Shown here: positions 8,951 through 17,118 of the stretch, one piece after another
How the letters are laid out: every line of letters begins with the position of its first letter
Position numbering within the stretch: position 1 is the first letter of the stretch
Source: Comamonadaceae bacterium
Lineage (GTDB): Bacteria > Pseudomonadota > Gammaproteobacteria > Burkholderiales > Burkholderiaceae_C
Length of the DNA stretch: 48,587 nt
Direction: 5' to 3'
NCBI GenBank assembly: GCA_947372425.1
Contig: CANBTQ010000001.1
Span: 1-48,587 of the forward strand
Made by a program: the position numbers and the translations under genes
Notes under the pieces: model-generated
Databases searched by the model: none
What the model was told of the DNA's origin: nothing
The model's input: only the letters and a program-made list of their open reading frames with translations

Positions 8951-9154
8951 TTACCACTTCAGTCCAAACACCACGCTAATGGCGGCCGGGTTAAAGCCCG
9001 GACGGCCGGCGAGTTGGGAAATGGCGGTCTCCAGAATGCGCCCTTCAACCACCTTCTGGTTGAGCGAATGCACATCGCCCTTGAAGGTCGTGCTGAGGTT
9101 GCGCGCCAGGTTGTTGGCCTCGGACAGGTTGGCTGCTGGGGTGGGTGTCGGCAT
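8951..9154 (-). CDS. Putative RiPP precursor peptide (67 aa)
   Basis: Strong AAGGAGA RBS (9161-9167) before ATG 9154; short ORF directly upstream of the rSAM; aromatic-containing C-terminus FNPAAISVVFGLKW. Confidence 0.8.
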   Translation of the reverse strand: MPTPTPAANLSEANNLARNLSTTFKGDVHSLNQKVVEGRILETAISQLAGRPGFNPAAISVVFGLKW

Positions 9155-9235
9155 TGTTTTTCTCCTTAGGTTGGTGACTTCACTGACGGGCCAGGGCGCG
9201 CACAATAGCCACCGGCGCACCCGCCGCACCGCCAA

Positions 9236-9330
9236 GGAAATGTTAGTTTCGAATTTGTATCTTCACAAGACAAGTATTTTGAAATATTTGCCTGTTTGTT
9301 TGATAAATGACGATTTTTAATTCCGCATTC
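9236..9330. promoter_or_regulatory. AT-rich divergent promoter region (RiPP operon / glutathione peroxidase)
   Basis: Sharp drop in GC between divergent genes; no specific site assigned. Confidence 0.45.
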
Positions 9331-9353
9331 CATGCCACAGACTGGAGCCATTC

Positions 9354-9839
9354 ATGCCAACCGTGTACGACTTTGAAGCCCTGCAGATTGACGGGAAGAA
9401 GGTGGCCCTGAAGCACTTCAAGGGCCAGGTGCTGCTGATTGTGAACACCGCCAGTGCCTGTGGCTTCACGCCGCAGTTTGCCGGCCTGGAGACGCTGCAC
9501 CAGCAATACGGCGGCAAGGGGCTGGCGGTGCTGGGCTTTCCGTGCAACCAGTTCGGCGCGCAGGACAGCGGCAGCAATGCCGAGATTGCCGGCTTTTGCC
9601 AGCTCAACTACGGTGTGACGTTTCCGATGATGGCCAAGATCGAGGTCAACGGCAGCGGCGCCCACCCGCTCTACCAGTGGCTGTGCAAGGAGGCGCCCGG
9701 CCTCTTGGGCAGCAAGGCCATCAAGTGGAACTTCACCAAGTTTCTGGTGGGCAAGGACGGCACCGTGCGCAAGCGCTACGCGCCCACCGACACGCCGCAG
9801 AGCCTGGCCACGGACATAGAAAAGGCCCTGGCCGCGTAA
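9354..9839 (+). CDS. Glutathione peroxidase (Cys-type, cytoplasmic)
   Basis: IVNTASACGFTPQ, LGFPCNQFG, KWNFTKFLV; GGAG RBS. Confidence 0.95.
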   Translation: MPTVYDFEALQIDGKKVALKHFKGQVLLIVNTASACGFTPQFAGLETLHQQYGGKGLAVLGFPCNQFGAQDSGSNAEIAGFCQLNYGVTFPMMAKIEVNGSGAHPLYQWLCKEAPGLLGSKAIKWNFTKFLVGKDGTVRKRYAPTDTPQSLATDIEKALAA

Positions 9840-9868
9840 ACAGCCAGGGCCCGATCGGGCAAACATAG

Positions 9869-9935
9869 GGGCCGCCCCAAGGCGAGACGCGCCCCCCGGG
9901 GGCTGCGACCCACACGCAGTGGGGGAGCCGGGGGC
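9869..9935. repeat. Dispersed ~67-bp REP-like element, copy 1
   Basis: GGGCCGCCCCAAGG...CCCCCCGGGGGC...ACACGCAGTG...GGGGGC; homologous to 12193-12260. Confidence 0.7.
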
Positions 9936-9936
9936 T

Positions 9937-11154
9937 TTACTTCACCAGCTCTTTGATTTCAATCTTCAGGCCCGCAGCACCCACGCTCACCGGCGCCGAC
10001 TGACCCGACAGGTCGCCCGGCTGCGGCATGGCGTTTCCGCTCTTGCTGACACGGGCGCCGACTATCACCTTGCTGGCTGTGGACAGGGCGGTAGCGGGCG
10101 ACATGGCCATGCTGTCGTCCAGCGCAAAGGTCAGCGGCAAGTCTTTGACCTGTTTGCGCAGAATGGCCAGCGGCATGCGCGAGCCTTCGGCGGCGCGGGC
10201 AAACACAAACACGGTGTCATCCGGTTTGGCCTGTTTGGCCAGGGCGGCGGACAGGGTTACCGTGCCGCTGACGCTGGCCTTGCCGGCAGCTGCGGGTTGC
10301 GCAGGCGCATCCAGGGGTTTGGCATCCAGCGGCTTGGCCGCCGGTGGCAGGCCGGCCAGGCTGCGGGCCTCGGCGATGGCGCCGTCCATCTGCTGCACGA
10401 ACACGTTACCGGGAGGGCCGACCTTGGCCAGCTTTTCCCAGAAGGTCAGTGCACTGGTGTAGTCCTTCTTGTTGAAGGCATAGGTGCCGGCCAGGTACAG
10501 CGACTTGAGGTTGTTGGGATCGAGGTGCAGCGCACGGTCGATCAGTTTCATGGGCGCGCCCTCGAGGTTGCTGCCATTGTTGACAGCCATCGAGTCGGCA
10601 TAGTCGGCCAGCAGGGTGGGGTCATCCTTGCGCAGGTTGGAGGCTTTTTCATAGGCCTTGAGGGCCTCGGCGTGCCGCCCCAGCACGCTGTACGAGCGCG
10701 CCAGCATGGACCAGCCTTCCACGTCATCAGGCTTGTCCTTCAGGCGGGCAGCCAGCTTCTCGGTCATGGCCGCAATCTGGTCCGCGCCGGTGGCGTGGGG
10801 TGCGGGTTTGCCGTCGGCCGACAGCATCTGCGGTGCCTCGCCCTCGCCCTGGGCCGGGCCGGGTACGCCCTTCCACAGGTAGCCGGCACCGGCAATGGCA
10901 ATCACGCCCACGGCCAGGCCTGCCATCAGCAGATAGGACGGCTTTGCTGCCGCGGCAGCGGGCACCGCAGCGCTTGCGCCCTGGGCCGGCTGGGTGGCGG
11001 CCGGGGCCGTGCTGCCGGACAGCACCAGATCCAGAATCTGGCGCTCCAGTGCAGTCTTGCCTTCTTCAAATTTTTCGTCGGGCAGCACGCCGCTGGCATG
11101 CAGTTGCTTGAGTTGGGCCAGCTTTTGCTTCAGCGCTTCGATGTTGTTCGTCAT
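9937..11154 (-). CDS. ccmI: Cytochrome c maturation TPR protein CcmI/CycH
   Basis: TM helix, TPR region (DVEGWSMLARSY, YADSMA, ALHLDPNN), C-terminal Ig-like domain (TVFVFARA..RMPLAI, ARVSKSG, QPGDL); last gene of the ccm operon. Confidence 0.88.
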   Translation of the reverse strand: MTNNIEALKQKLAQLKQLHASGVLPDEKFEEGKTALERQILDLVLSGSTAPAATQPAQGASAAVPAAAAAKPSYLLMAGLAVGVIAIAGAGYLWKGVPGPAQGEGEAPQMLSADGKPAPHATGADQIAAMTEKLAARLKDKPDDVEGWSMLARSYSVLGRHAEALKAYEKASNLRKDDPTLLADYADSMAVNNGSNLEGAPMKLIDRALHLDPNNLKSLYLAGTYAFNKKDYTSALTFWEKLAKVGPPGNVFVQQMDGAIAEARSLAGLPPAAKPLDAKPLDAPAQPAAAGKASVSGTVTLSAALAKQAKPDDTVFVFARAAEGSRMPLAILRKQVKDLPLTFALDDSMAMSPATALSTASKVIVGARVSKSGNAMPQPGDLSGQSAPVSVGAAGLKIEIKELVK

Positions 11155-11187
11155 GTTCCGTCTTTTCAATCAATAACAGGCGGGCTC

Positions 11188-11640
11188 TCAGGAGCCCTGG
11201 TTGGCTTCGGGCTCTTCGGCGTCGAAACGGTCTTCGGGCATGCGGCTGCGCCGGCGCAGCACCAGCACCAGGCCTAGCAGGCCGAGTACCAGCAACAGGC
11301 CGGGACCGACCCAGAGCAGGACCGTCATGCGGTTAAAGGGCGGGCGGTACAGCACGAAGTCGCCGTAGCGGGCCGTCATGTACTCGGTGATCTGCTGGTC
11401 GGTCATGCCTTTTTGCAGCATCTCGCGCACCTGCTGGCGCAGGTCTATGGCCAGGTCGGCGTGCGAGTCGGCAATGGTCTGGTTTTGGCACACCAGGCAA
11501 CGCAGCTCGGCGGTGATGGTGAGCATGCGGGCTTCCAGCTCCGGGTCGGCAGCTGCCGGCACGGCCTCATTGGCCGAGGCCAGCGAGACGCACAGAAAAA
11601 GGCACAGAAGGGCGAACCCACGGGCAAAAAACTTAGACAA
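11188..11640 (-). CDS. ccmH: Cytochrome c maturation protein CcmH
   Basis: LRCLVCQNQTIADS, RYGDFVLYRPP. Confidence 0.95.
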   Translation of the reverse strand: MSKFFARGFALLCLFLCVSLASANEAVPAAADPELEARMLTITAELRCLVCQNQTIADSHADLAIDLRQQVREMLQKGMTDQQITEYMTARYGDFVLYRPPFNRMTVLLWVGPGLLLVLGLLGLVLVLRRRSRMPEDRFDAEEPEANQGS

Positions 11641-12178
11641 TTCCCGCCTCCTTTTTCAGCTGTTGCACCAGCGGAATCAGCTTGGTTTCAATGGCTTCGG
11701 GTGTGAAGGGGCCGATCTGCTTGTAGCGAATCACGCCCTGGGCATCGATCAGGAAGGACTCGGGCACACCGTAGACACCGTAGTCAATGCCGACGCGGCC
11801 ATCGTGGTCATAAAGCGAGGCTTCATACGGGTTGCCAAAAGTGGCCAGCCATTTCATGCCGGCGGCGCGCTCATCCTTGTAGTTCAGGCCGTAGATGGGC
11901 AGCAGCTTCTGGCGTGAAAACTCCACCAGCAGCGGATGCTCTTCGCGGCAGGCCACACACCAGGAGGCAAACACATTGAGCAGCCAGACCTTGCCCAGCA
12001 TGTCGTCGCGCTTGAAGCTGGTGTCGGGCTTTTCCAAACCCACCAGTGCAAAGGCCGGCGCCGGCTTGTTGATCAGCGGTGAGGGCACCTCGCGCGGGTC
12101 CAGGCTCAGACCCCGCATCAGAAAGCCCACCAGCACCATAAAGATCGCCAGGGGCAAAAGGAACTTCAGGTATTTCAT
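11633..12178 (-). CDS. ccmG: Thiol:disulfide oxidoreductase CcmG/DsbE
   Basis: ASWCVACREEHP, GVYGVPESF. Confidence 0.95.
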   Translation of the reverse strand: MKYLKFLLPLAIFMVLVGFLMRGLSLDPREVPSPLINKPAPAFALVGLEKPDTSFKRDDMLGKVWLLNVFASWCVACREEHPLLVEFSRQKLLPIYGLNYKDERAAGMKWLATFGNPYEASLYDHDGRVGIDYGVYGVPESFLIDAQGVIRYKQIGPFTPEAIETKLIPLVQQLKKEAGIV

Positions 12179-12192
12179 GATGGCTCTCCGCA

Positions 12193-12260
12193 GGGCCGTC
12201 CCAAGGAGAGCAAAGCCCTCTCGGGGGGCAGTGAGTACACGCAGTGACGAATATGGGGGC
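12193..12260. repeat. Dispersed ~68-bp REP-like element, copy 2
   Basis: GGGCCGTCCCAAGG...CCCTCTCGGGGGGC...ACACGCAGTG...GGGGGC, lying between ccmF and ccmG. Confidence 0.7.
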
Positions 12261-14213
12261 TCATACTGCCACTCCTGTTTTGCGGCGATAACGCCGGTCG
12301 GTCACGGCCATCAAACCACCCAGGGCCATGATCATGCAGCCGCCCCAGATCCAGTCGATAAAGGGCTTCACGTAGACGCGCACGATCCAGGCGCCGCCGT
12401 CCACCTCTTCACCCATGGACACGTACAAATCACCCGTCAGGCCGGGGTGGATGGCCGCCTCCGTCATCGGGTTCTGCTGCACGCGGTAGACGCGTTTTTC
12501 AGGGCTGAGTTCGGTGATTTTGCTGCCGTTGCGGGTGATTTCTATGGTCGCCCGGGTGGCATCGTAATTGGGGCCCTGAATGTCCTTCACACCCTTGAAG
12601 GTGAAAGCGTAGCCGCGTACCGTGGTGCTGTCGCCCACGGCCATCTTGACGTCACTCTCCACCTCGTAGGTCTTGACCATCGTGACGCCAAAACAGAACA
12701 TGGCCACACCAATGTGCGCCACCATCATGCCGGCCAGGGCACGTGGTATCTGCCGGGTCTTGCGGCGGATTTCAGCAAAGCCCTTGCCTTCGGGGCGCAC
12801 ACGCTCCCAGAAGTCGGTAGCCACCGAACTGACAATCCAGTAGGCCATCAGCAGACCCAGGCTGGCCAGCAGGTGAATGGAGCCGGCCAACCAGCCGGTC
12901 AACAGGGCCATGACAACGGTAACGCCGGCTGCCCACTTGAGGCGGCTGGCCAGATCGGGGACCGACGTTTCCTTCCAGCGCGCCATCGGGCCCACGCCCA
13001 TCAGGAAGATGGTGGGCACCATCAGGGGCACGAAGACCGAGTCGAAGTACGGCGGGCCCACCGAAATCTTGCCCATGCCCAAAGCGTCCAGCAGCAGCGG
13101 ATACAGCGTACCCAGCAGCACCACGCCGGCCGCCACCATGAACAACACGTTATTGGCCAGCAGTGTGGTTTCCTTGGAGAACAGGGCAAAGCGGGCGCCC
13201 AAGCCCACGGTGGGCGCGCGCCAGGCAAACAGCGCGAACGAGGAGCCGATCACGATCGTCAGGAAAGCCAGGATGAACAGGCCGCGGCGCGGGTCGGTGG
13301 CAAAGGCATGCACCGAGGACAGCACGCCCGAGCGAACCAGGAAGGTACCCAGCAGCGAGAACGAGAAGGCCAGAATCGCCAGCATCACGGTCCAGTTTTT
13401 GAAACTGCTGCGTTTTTCGGTGACCGCCAGCGAGTGGATCAGTGCCGTACCCAGCAACCAGGGCATGAGGGAGGCGTTTTCCACCGGATCCCAGAACCAC
13501 CAGCCACCCCAGCCCAGTTCGTAATAAGCCCAGGAACTGCCCATGGAGATACCCACGGTCAGGAACATCCAGGCCACGGTGGTCCAGGGGCGCGTCCAGC
13601 GCGCCCAGGTGGCATCCAGATTGCCACCAATCAGCGCCGCAATGGCAAAGGCAAAGGCCACGCAAAAGCCCACATAGCCCATGTATAGCGTGGGCGGGTG
13701 GAACACCATGCCCGGGTCCTGCAGCAAGGGGTTCAAGTCGCGGCCGTCGGCCGGCACCGGGAACAGGCGGTCAAACGGGTTGGAGGTGAGCAGCATGAAC
13801 AGCAGAAAGCCCACGCTGACCAGGCCCATGACGGCCAGAATGCGCGCCAGCACCTCGCGCGGCAGGTGACGGCTGAACAGGGCGACAGCCACCATCCAGA
13901 TCACCAGCATCTGCACCCACAGCAGCAGCGAGCCTTCATGGCCGCCCCAGAAACCCGCGATTTGGTATTGCAGCGGCAAATGGGTATTGGAGTTGGATGC
14001 CACATAGAGCACCGAGAAGTCGCTCTTGATAAAGGAAATCATCAGGCAGGCCGAAGCCAGTGACACCAAGACAAACAGCAGGTAGGTTGCTGGACGCGCG
14101 ATGACCATCCAGTCGGCGCGACCGCGTGCCGCGCCGGCCATCGGAACCACGCCGATGACCAGTGCCACGCCCATGGCGAGCCAGAGTAAAAAGTGACCAA
14201 TTTCAGGAATCAT
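12261..14213 (-). CDS. ccmF: Heme lyase CcmF
   Basis: WGGHEGSLLLW, LNPLLQDPGM.FHPP, WGGWWFWDPVEN, SVHAFA. Confidence 0.97.
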   Translation of the reverse strand: MIPEIGHFLLWLAMGVALVIGVVPMAGAARGRADWMVIARPATYLLFVLVSLASACLMISFIKSDFSVLYVASNSNTHLPLQYQIAGFWGGHEGSLLLWVQMLVIWMVAVALFSRHLPREVLARILAVMGLVSVGFLLFMLLTSNPFDRLFPVPADGRDLNPLLQDPGMVFHPPTLYMGYVGFCVAFAFAIAALIGGNLDATWARWTRPWTTVAWMFLTVGISMGSSWAYYELGWGGWWFWDPVENASLMPWLLGTALIHSLAVTEKRSSFKNWTVMLAILAFSFSLLGTFLVRSGVLSSVHAFATDPRRGLFILAFLTIVIGSSFALFAWRAPTVGLGARFALFSKETTLLANNVLFMVAAGVVLLGTLYPLLLDALGMGKISVGPPYFDSVFVPLMVPTIFLMGVGPMARWKETSVPDLASRLKWAAGVTVVMALLTGWLAGSIHLLASLGLLMAYWIVSSVATDFWERVRPEGKGFAEIRRKTRQIPRALAGMMVAHIGVAMFCFGVTMVKTYEVESDVKMAVGDSTTVRGYAFTFKGVKDIQGPNYDATRATIEITRNGSKITELSPEKRVYRVQQNPMTEAAIHPGLTGDLYVSMGEEVDGGAWIVRVYVKPFIDWIWGGCMIMALGGLMAVTDRRYRRKTGVAV

Positions 14214-14215
14214 GT

Positions 14216-14671
14216 TTATTTGCTCGTAACAAGGGATGCAGCGGTCTTTTGATTGCTCTTGGCCGCGTTTTTCAGAGCTTCTGCCGCTTCGGGCGGCATG
14301 TAGTTTTCGTCGTGTTTGGCCAGCACTTCCTTGGCCACAAAGACACCGTCCTGCAGCTTGCCCTGTGCGACCACCCCTTTGCCTTCCTTGAACAGGTCGG
14401 GCAGGATGCCTTCAAAGTGCACCGGCACGCTCTTGGCCGTGTCGGTCACCATGAAGTCCACCGCCACGCCGCTGCGCTTGACGCTGCCGGCCACCACCAG
14501 GCCGCCCAGGCGGAAGGTGCGGTTCACCGGCGCCTCTTTGGACTCAATCTGTGTGGGCGAGAAGAAAAACACCAGATTGCTCTGGAAGGCATTCAGGATG
14601 AGCGCAGCAGCTGCCGCAATCACCAAGACCACACCGCCGGCAATGGCCAGCCGTTTATGACGCGTTTTCAT
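14216..14671 (-). CDS. ccmE: Heme chaperone CcmE
   Basis: [22 protein letters not shown] (heme-binding His/Tyr). Confidence 0.96.
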   Translation of the reverse strand: MKTRHKRLAIAGGVVLVIAAAAALILNAFQSNLVFFFSPTQIESKEAPVNRTFRLGGLVVAGSVKRSGVAVDFMVTDTAKSVPVHFEGILPDLFKEGKGVVAQGKLQDGVFVAKEVLAKHDENYMPPEAAEALKNAAKSNQKTAASLVTSK

Positions 14672-14677
14672 GTTTGT

Positions 14678-14848
14678 TTAACCTTGTTCATCTTCCAGAT
14701 CACCAATCGCGCGCAAGGCGGCACGGTGCCGGCGCGCTGCCAGCACCGGCTCCAGCAGCATCCAGGCTGCCGTCACCCCGTACGAACCCCACACATACAA
14801 GCCATAGCCACCCATGGCAAAAAAATCACTCGCACTGTTCCAGACCAT
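14678..14848 (-). CDS. ccmD: Heme exporter protein CcmD
   Basis: MVWNSASDFFAMGGYGLYVWGSYG; 56 aa between ccmC and ccmE; GGAG RBS. Confidence 0.92.
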   Translation of the reverse strand: MVWNSASDFFAMGGYGLYVWGSYGVTAAWMLLEPVLAARRHRAALRAIGDLEDEQG

Positions 14849-14858
14849 GTCGCTCCCC

Positions 14859-15602
14859 TTACTTCTTGTGCGCCAGGGCTTGCACCCAGTCGGCACTGCT
14901 CTCGCGCTCCAGCACCACCGCGCGCGCGCGCATGAACACTACCGCAAAGGCGTAGGCCCAGAAGGCCACCGTCATCAATAACATGGACAGCAGCATGGTG
15001 TGGGCCATCTTGGGTGCCGCCGTCATGCTGATGCTCGAACCCTGGTGCAAGGTGTTCCACCAGCGCACCGAGAAGTAAATGATGGGCACGTTGACCGCGC
15101 CCACAATGGCCAGCAAGGCACCGGCGTGGTCGGCCCGGCGCACATCGTCAATCGCCTCCACCAGCGCCATAAAGCCCAGGTACAAAAACAGCAGGATCAG
15201 CTCGGAGGTCAGGCGCGCATCCCAGACCCACCAGGCGCCCCAGGTCGGCTTGCCCCAGAAGGCGCCGGTCCACAACGCCAGAAAGGTAAAGGCCGCGCCG
15301 GTGGGCGCAATGGCACGCGCCATCATCGAGGCCAGACGGGCGTTGGCAGCCCAGCCAAAGGCGGCCCAGCCGGCCATGGCCATGTACAAGACCATGGACA
15401 TCCAGGCGGCGGGCACGTGGATAAAGATGATGCGGTAGGAGTCGCCCTGGGTGGCGTCGGTGGGCGCCACGAAGAAGCCCACATACAAACCCCACACAGC
15501 AAACGCGGCGGCAATGGCATACAGCCAGGGCACGCTGATGCTGGCCAGACGGTAAAACGTCTTGGGCGCGGCAAAGGTAAAAAGTCTTGGCAGTTTTTTC
15601 AT
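14859..15602 (-). CDS. ccmC: Heme exporter protein CcmC
   Basis: IFIHVPAAW, WGKPTWGAWWVWDARLT (WWD domain), WWNTLHQG; ATG 15602 overlaps the ccmB stop. Confidence 0.96.
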   Translation of the reverse strand: MKKLPRLFTFAAPKTFYRLASISVPWLYAIAAAFAVWGLYVGFFVAPTDATQGDSYRIIFIHVPAAWMSMVLYMAMAGWAAFGWAANARLASMMARAIAPTGAAFTFLALWTGAFWGKPTWGAWWVWDARLTSELILLFLYLGFMALVEAIDDVRRADHAGALLAIVGAVNVPIIYFSVRWWNTLHQGSSISMTAAPKMAHTMLLSMLLMTVAFWAYAFAVVFMRARAVVLERESSADWVQALAHKK

Positions 15603-16270
15603 ACGGAGATTCGCAAGGCAGCGGCCGTGGCCACCGGGGCTCCCAGGGCAGAGAGCAGAAACATGGCACCCAGCAGGTAGAAGTGGCCGTCGGGTGACAG
15701 ACCGGACTCCGCGGCTGTGACGGCACCGGCGCCGAAGATCAGCACCGGAATGCACAGCGGCAGCACGATCAACAGAATCAGCACGGCCGAATTGCGCAGG
15801 CCCAGCGTGAGTGCGGCACCCATGCCGCCCATCAGGCTCAGGATGGGCGTGCCCAGCAGCAGGCCGAAGGCCATCAGCCCGATCGACTCCCAGCCCAGGC
15901 CGAACAACAGGCCCAGCAGCGGCGACACCAGCAGCAGCGGCACGCCCGTCATCAGCCAGTGGGCAATGCATTTGGCCGCAGCCAGCTCGACACCGGAGAG
16001 CTGCGAGATCAGCATCTGCTCCAGCGAGCCGTCGGCATAGTCGCTGCCGTACATGGAGTTGAGCGACAGCATGGAAGACAGCAGTGCGCAGACCCAGACA
16101 ATGCCGGGCGCGATCTGCTTGAGCGTGGCGGCCTCGGGCCCCACACCCAGCGGAAACAGACTGGCCGCCACGACGAAAAACACCACCGGCAGCAGCGCCT
16201 CGGCCGGGCGCCGGCTGGCCAGGCGCAGATCGCGCGCCAGGATGGCCATCATCGGGCTCATGGCGCTCAT
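15599..16270 (-). CDS. ccmB: Heme exporter permease CcmB
   Basis: DYADGSLEQ, PLCIPVLIFG; six TM helices. Confidence 0.95.
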   Translation of the reverse strand: MSAMSPMMAILARDLRLASRRPAEALLPVVFFVVAASLFPLGVGPEAATLKQIAPGIVWVCALLSSMLSLNSMYGSDYADGSLEQMLISQLSGVELAAAKCIAHWLMTGVPLLLVSPLLGLLFGLGWESIGLMAFGLLLGTPILSLMGGMGAALTLGLRNSAVLILLIVLPLCIPVLIFGAGAVTAAESGLSPDGHFYLLGAMFLLSALGAPVATAAALRISV

Positions 16271-16935
16271 GCTGCGCGCGTCCCTTGCAACATCAGCTCC
16301 ACCAGCGGCAGACCTTCAGGCTGGACGCGGATATGGCTGGTGAACAGCACGGTGCCACCGCGCCGCGCATTCTCGATAAACAGCTCCTGCACCAAGGCCA
16401 GACCGGCATCGTCGAGCGCATCAAACGGCTCGTCCAGCACCCAGAAGCCGGGCTTTTCTTCCAGCGCCAGGCGGGCCAGGGCGACGCGGCGGCGCTGGCC
16501 TTGCGAGAGCATGCGCACCGGCAGCTTGCGGCGGTGGAACACACCCATGCGACGCAGGGCTGCCTCCATGCGCTCCTGCGAGCAGGGGCGACTGTGGATG
16601 GTGGTGAGAAAGCGCAACGCCTCCAGGGCCGTCAAATCATCCTTCAGGGCGTTGGCGTGGCCCATGTAGACCAGCTTGGATTGGAATTCTGTGGACTTGG
16701 CCAGGGGCTGGTCGTTCCAGCTGAGCTGGCCGCCGTCCGGGCGCGAAAGGCCGGCAATCACCCGCAACAGGCTGGTCTTGCCGCTGCCGTTGGAGCCGCG
16801 CAGCCACACCAGCTGGCCGGCGTGCAGTTCAAAACTCAAGGCCTTGAAAAGAACTTCGGTGCCACGGCGGACGGTGAGATCCTGGGCCCGGATGCCCGTT
16901 CCCTGCGCGTTGTGAAAAGTCAAATCTTCAGCCAA
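16267..16935 (-). CDS. ccmA: Heme exporter ATP-binding protein CcmA
   Basis: GSNGSGKT, LSQGQRRRVALARL, WVLDEPF; TTG start uncertain. Confidence 0.93.
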   Translation of the reverse strand: MAEDLTFHNAQGTGIRAQDLTVRRGTEVLFKALSFELHAGQLVWLRGSNGSGKTSLLRVIAGLSRPDGGQLSWNDQPLAKSTEFQSKLVYMGHANALKDDLTALEALRFLTTIHSRPCSQERMEAALRRMGVFHRRKLPVRMLSQGQRRRVALARLALEEKPGFWVLDEPFDALDDAGLALVQELFIENARRGGTVLFTSHIRVQPEGLPLVELMLQGTRAA

Positions 16936-17066
16936 GGTAGTAAGTGAACCGCCCTTGTGGGGCAGATGATGTCGCGGCGTCCTCTGCCGCCGCAGGCTCA
17001 GAACACATTATCGCCCACCGGCCCCCCAAACAGGGGGTAGGACACATGCCGGTCAGGCTTCTACAT

Positions 17067-17080
17067 TTGATGCGAATCAA
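17067..17080. promoter_or_regulatory. FNR/Anr-type binding site upstream of ccmA
   Basis: TTGAT-GCGA-ATCAA, a perfect TTGAT-N4-ATCAA match about 130 bp upstream of ccmA. Confidence 0.75.
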
Positions 17081-17118
17081 GTAATCCTCGATCTTCCCAA
17101 GGCTGGATTAGGGTTTTC

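Noticed and set aside
9155-9235. 27-codon upstream extension of the precursor ORF
   Set aside because: The strong AAGGAGA RBS lies directly before ATG 9154.
9354-9839. Selenocysteine in either glutathione peroxidase
   Set aside because: Active-site codons are TGT and TGC, not TGA.
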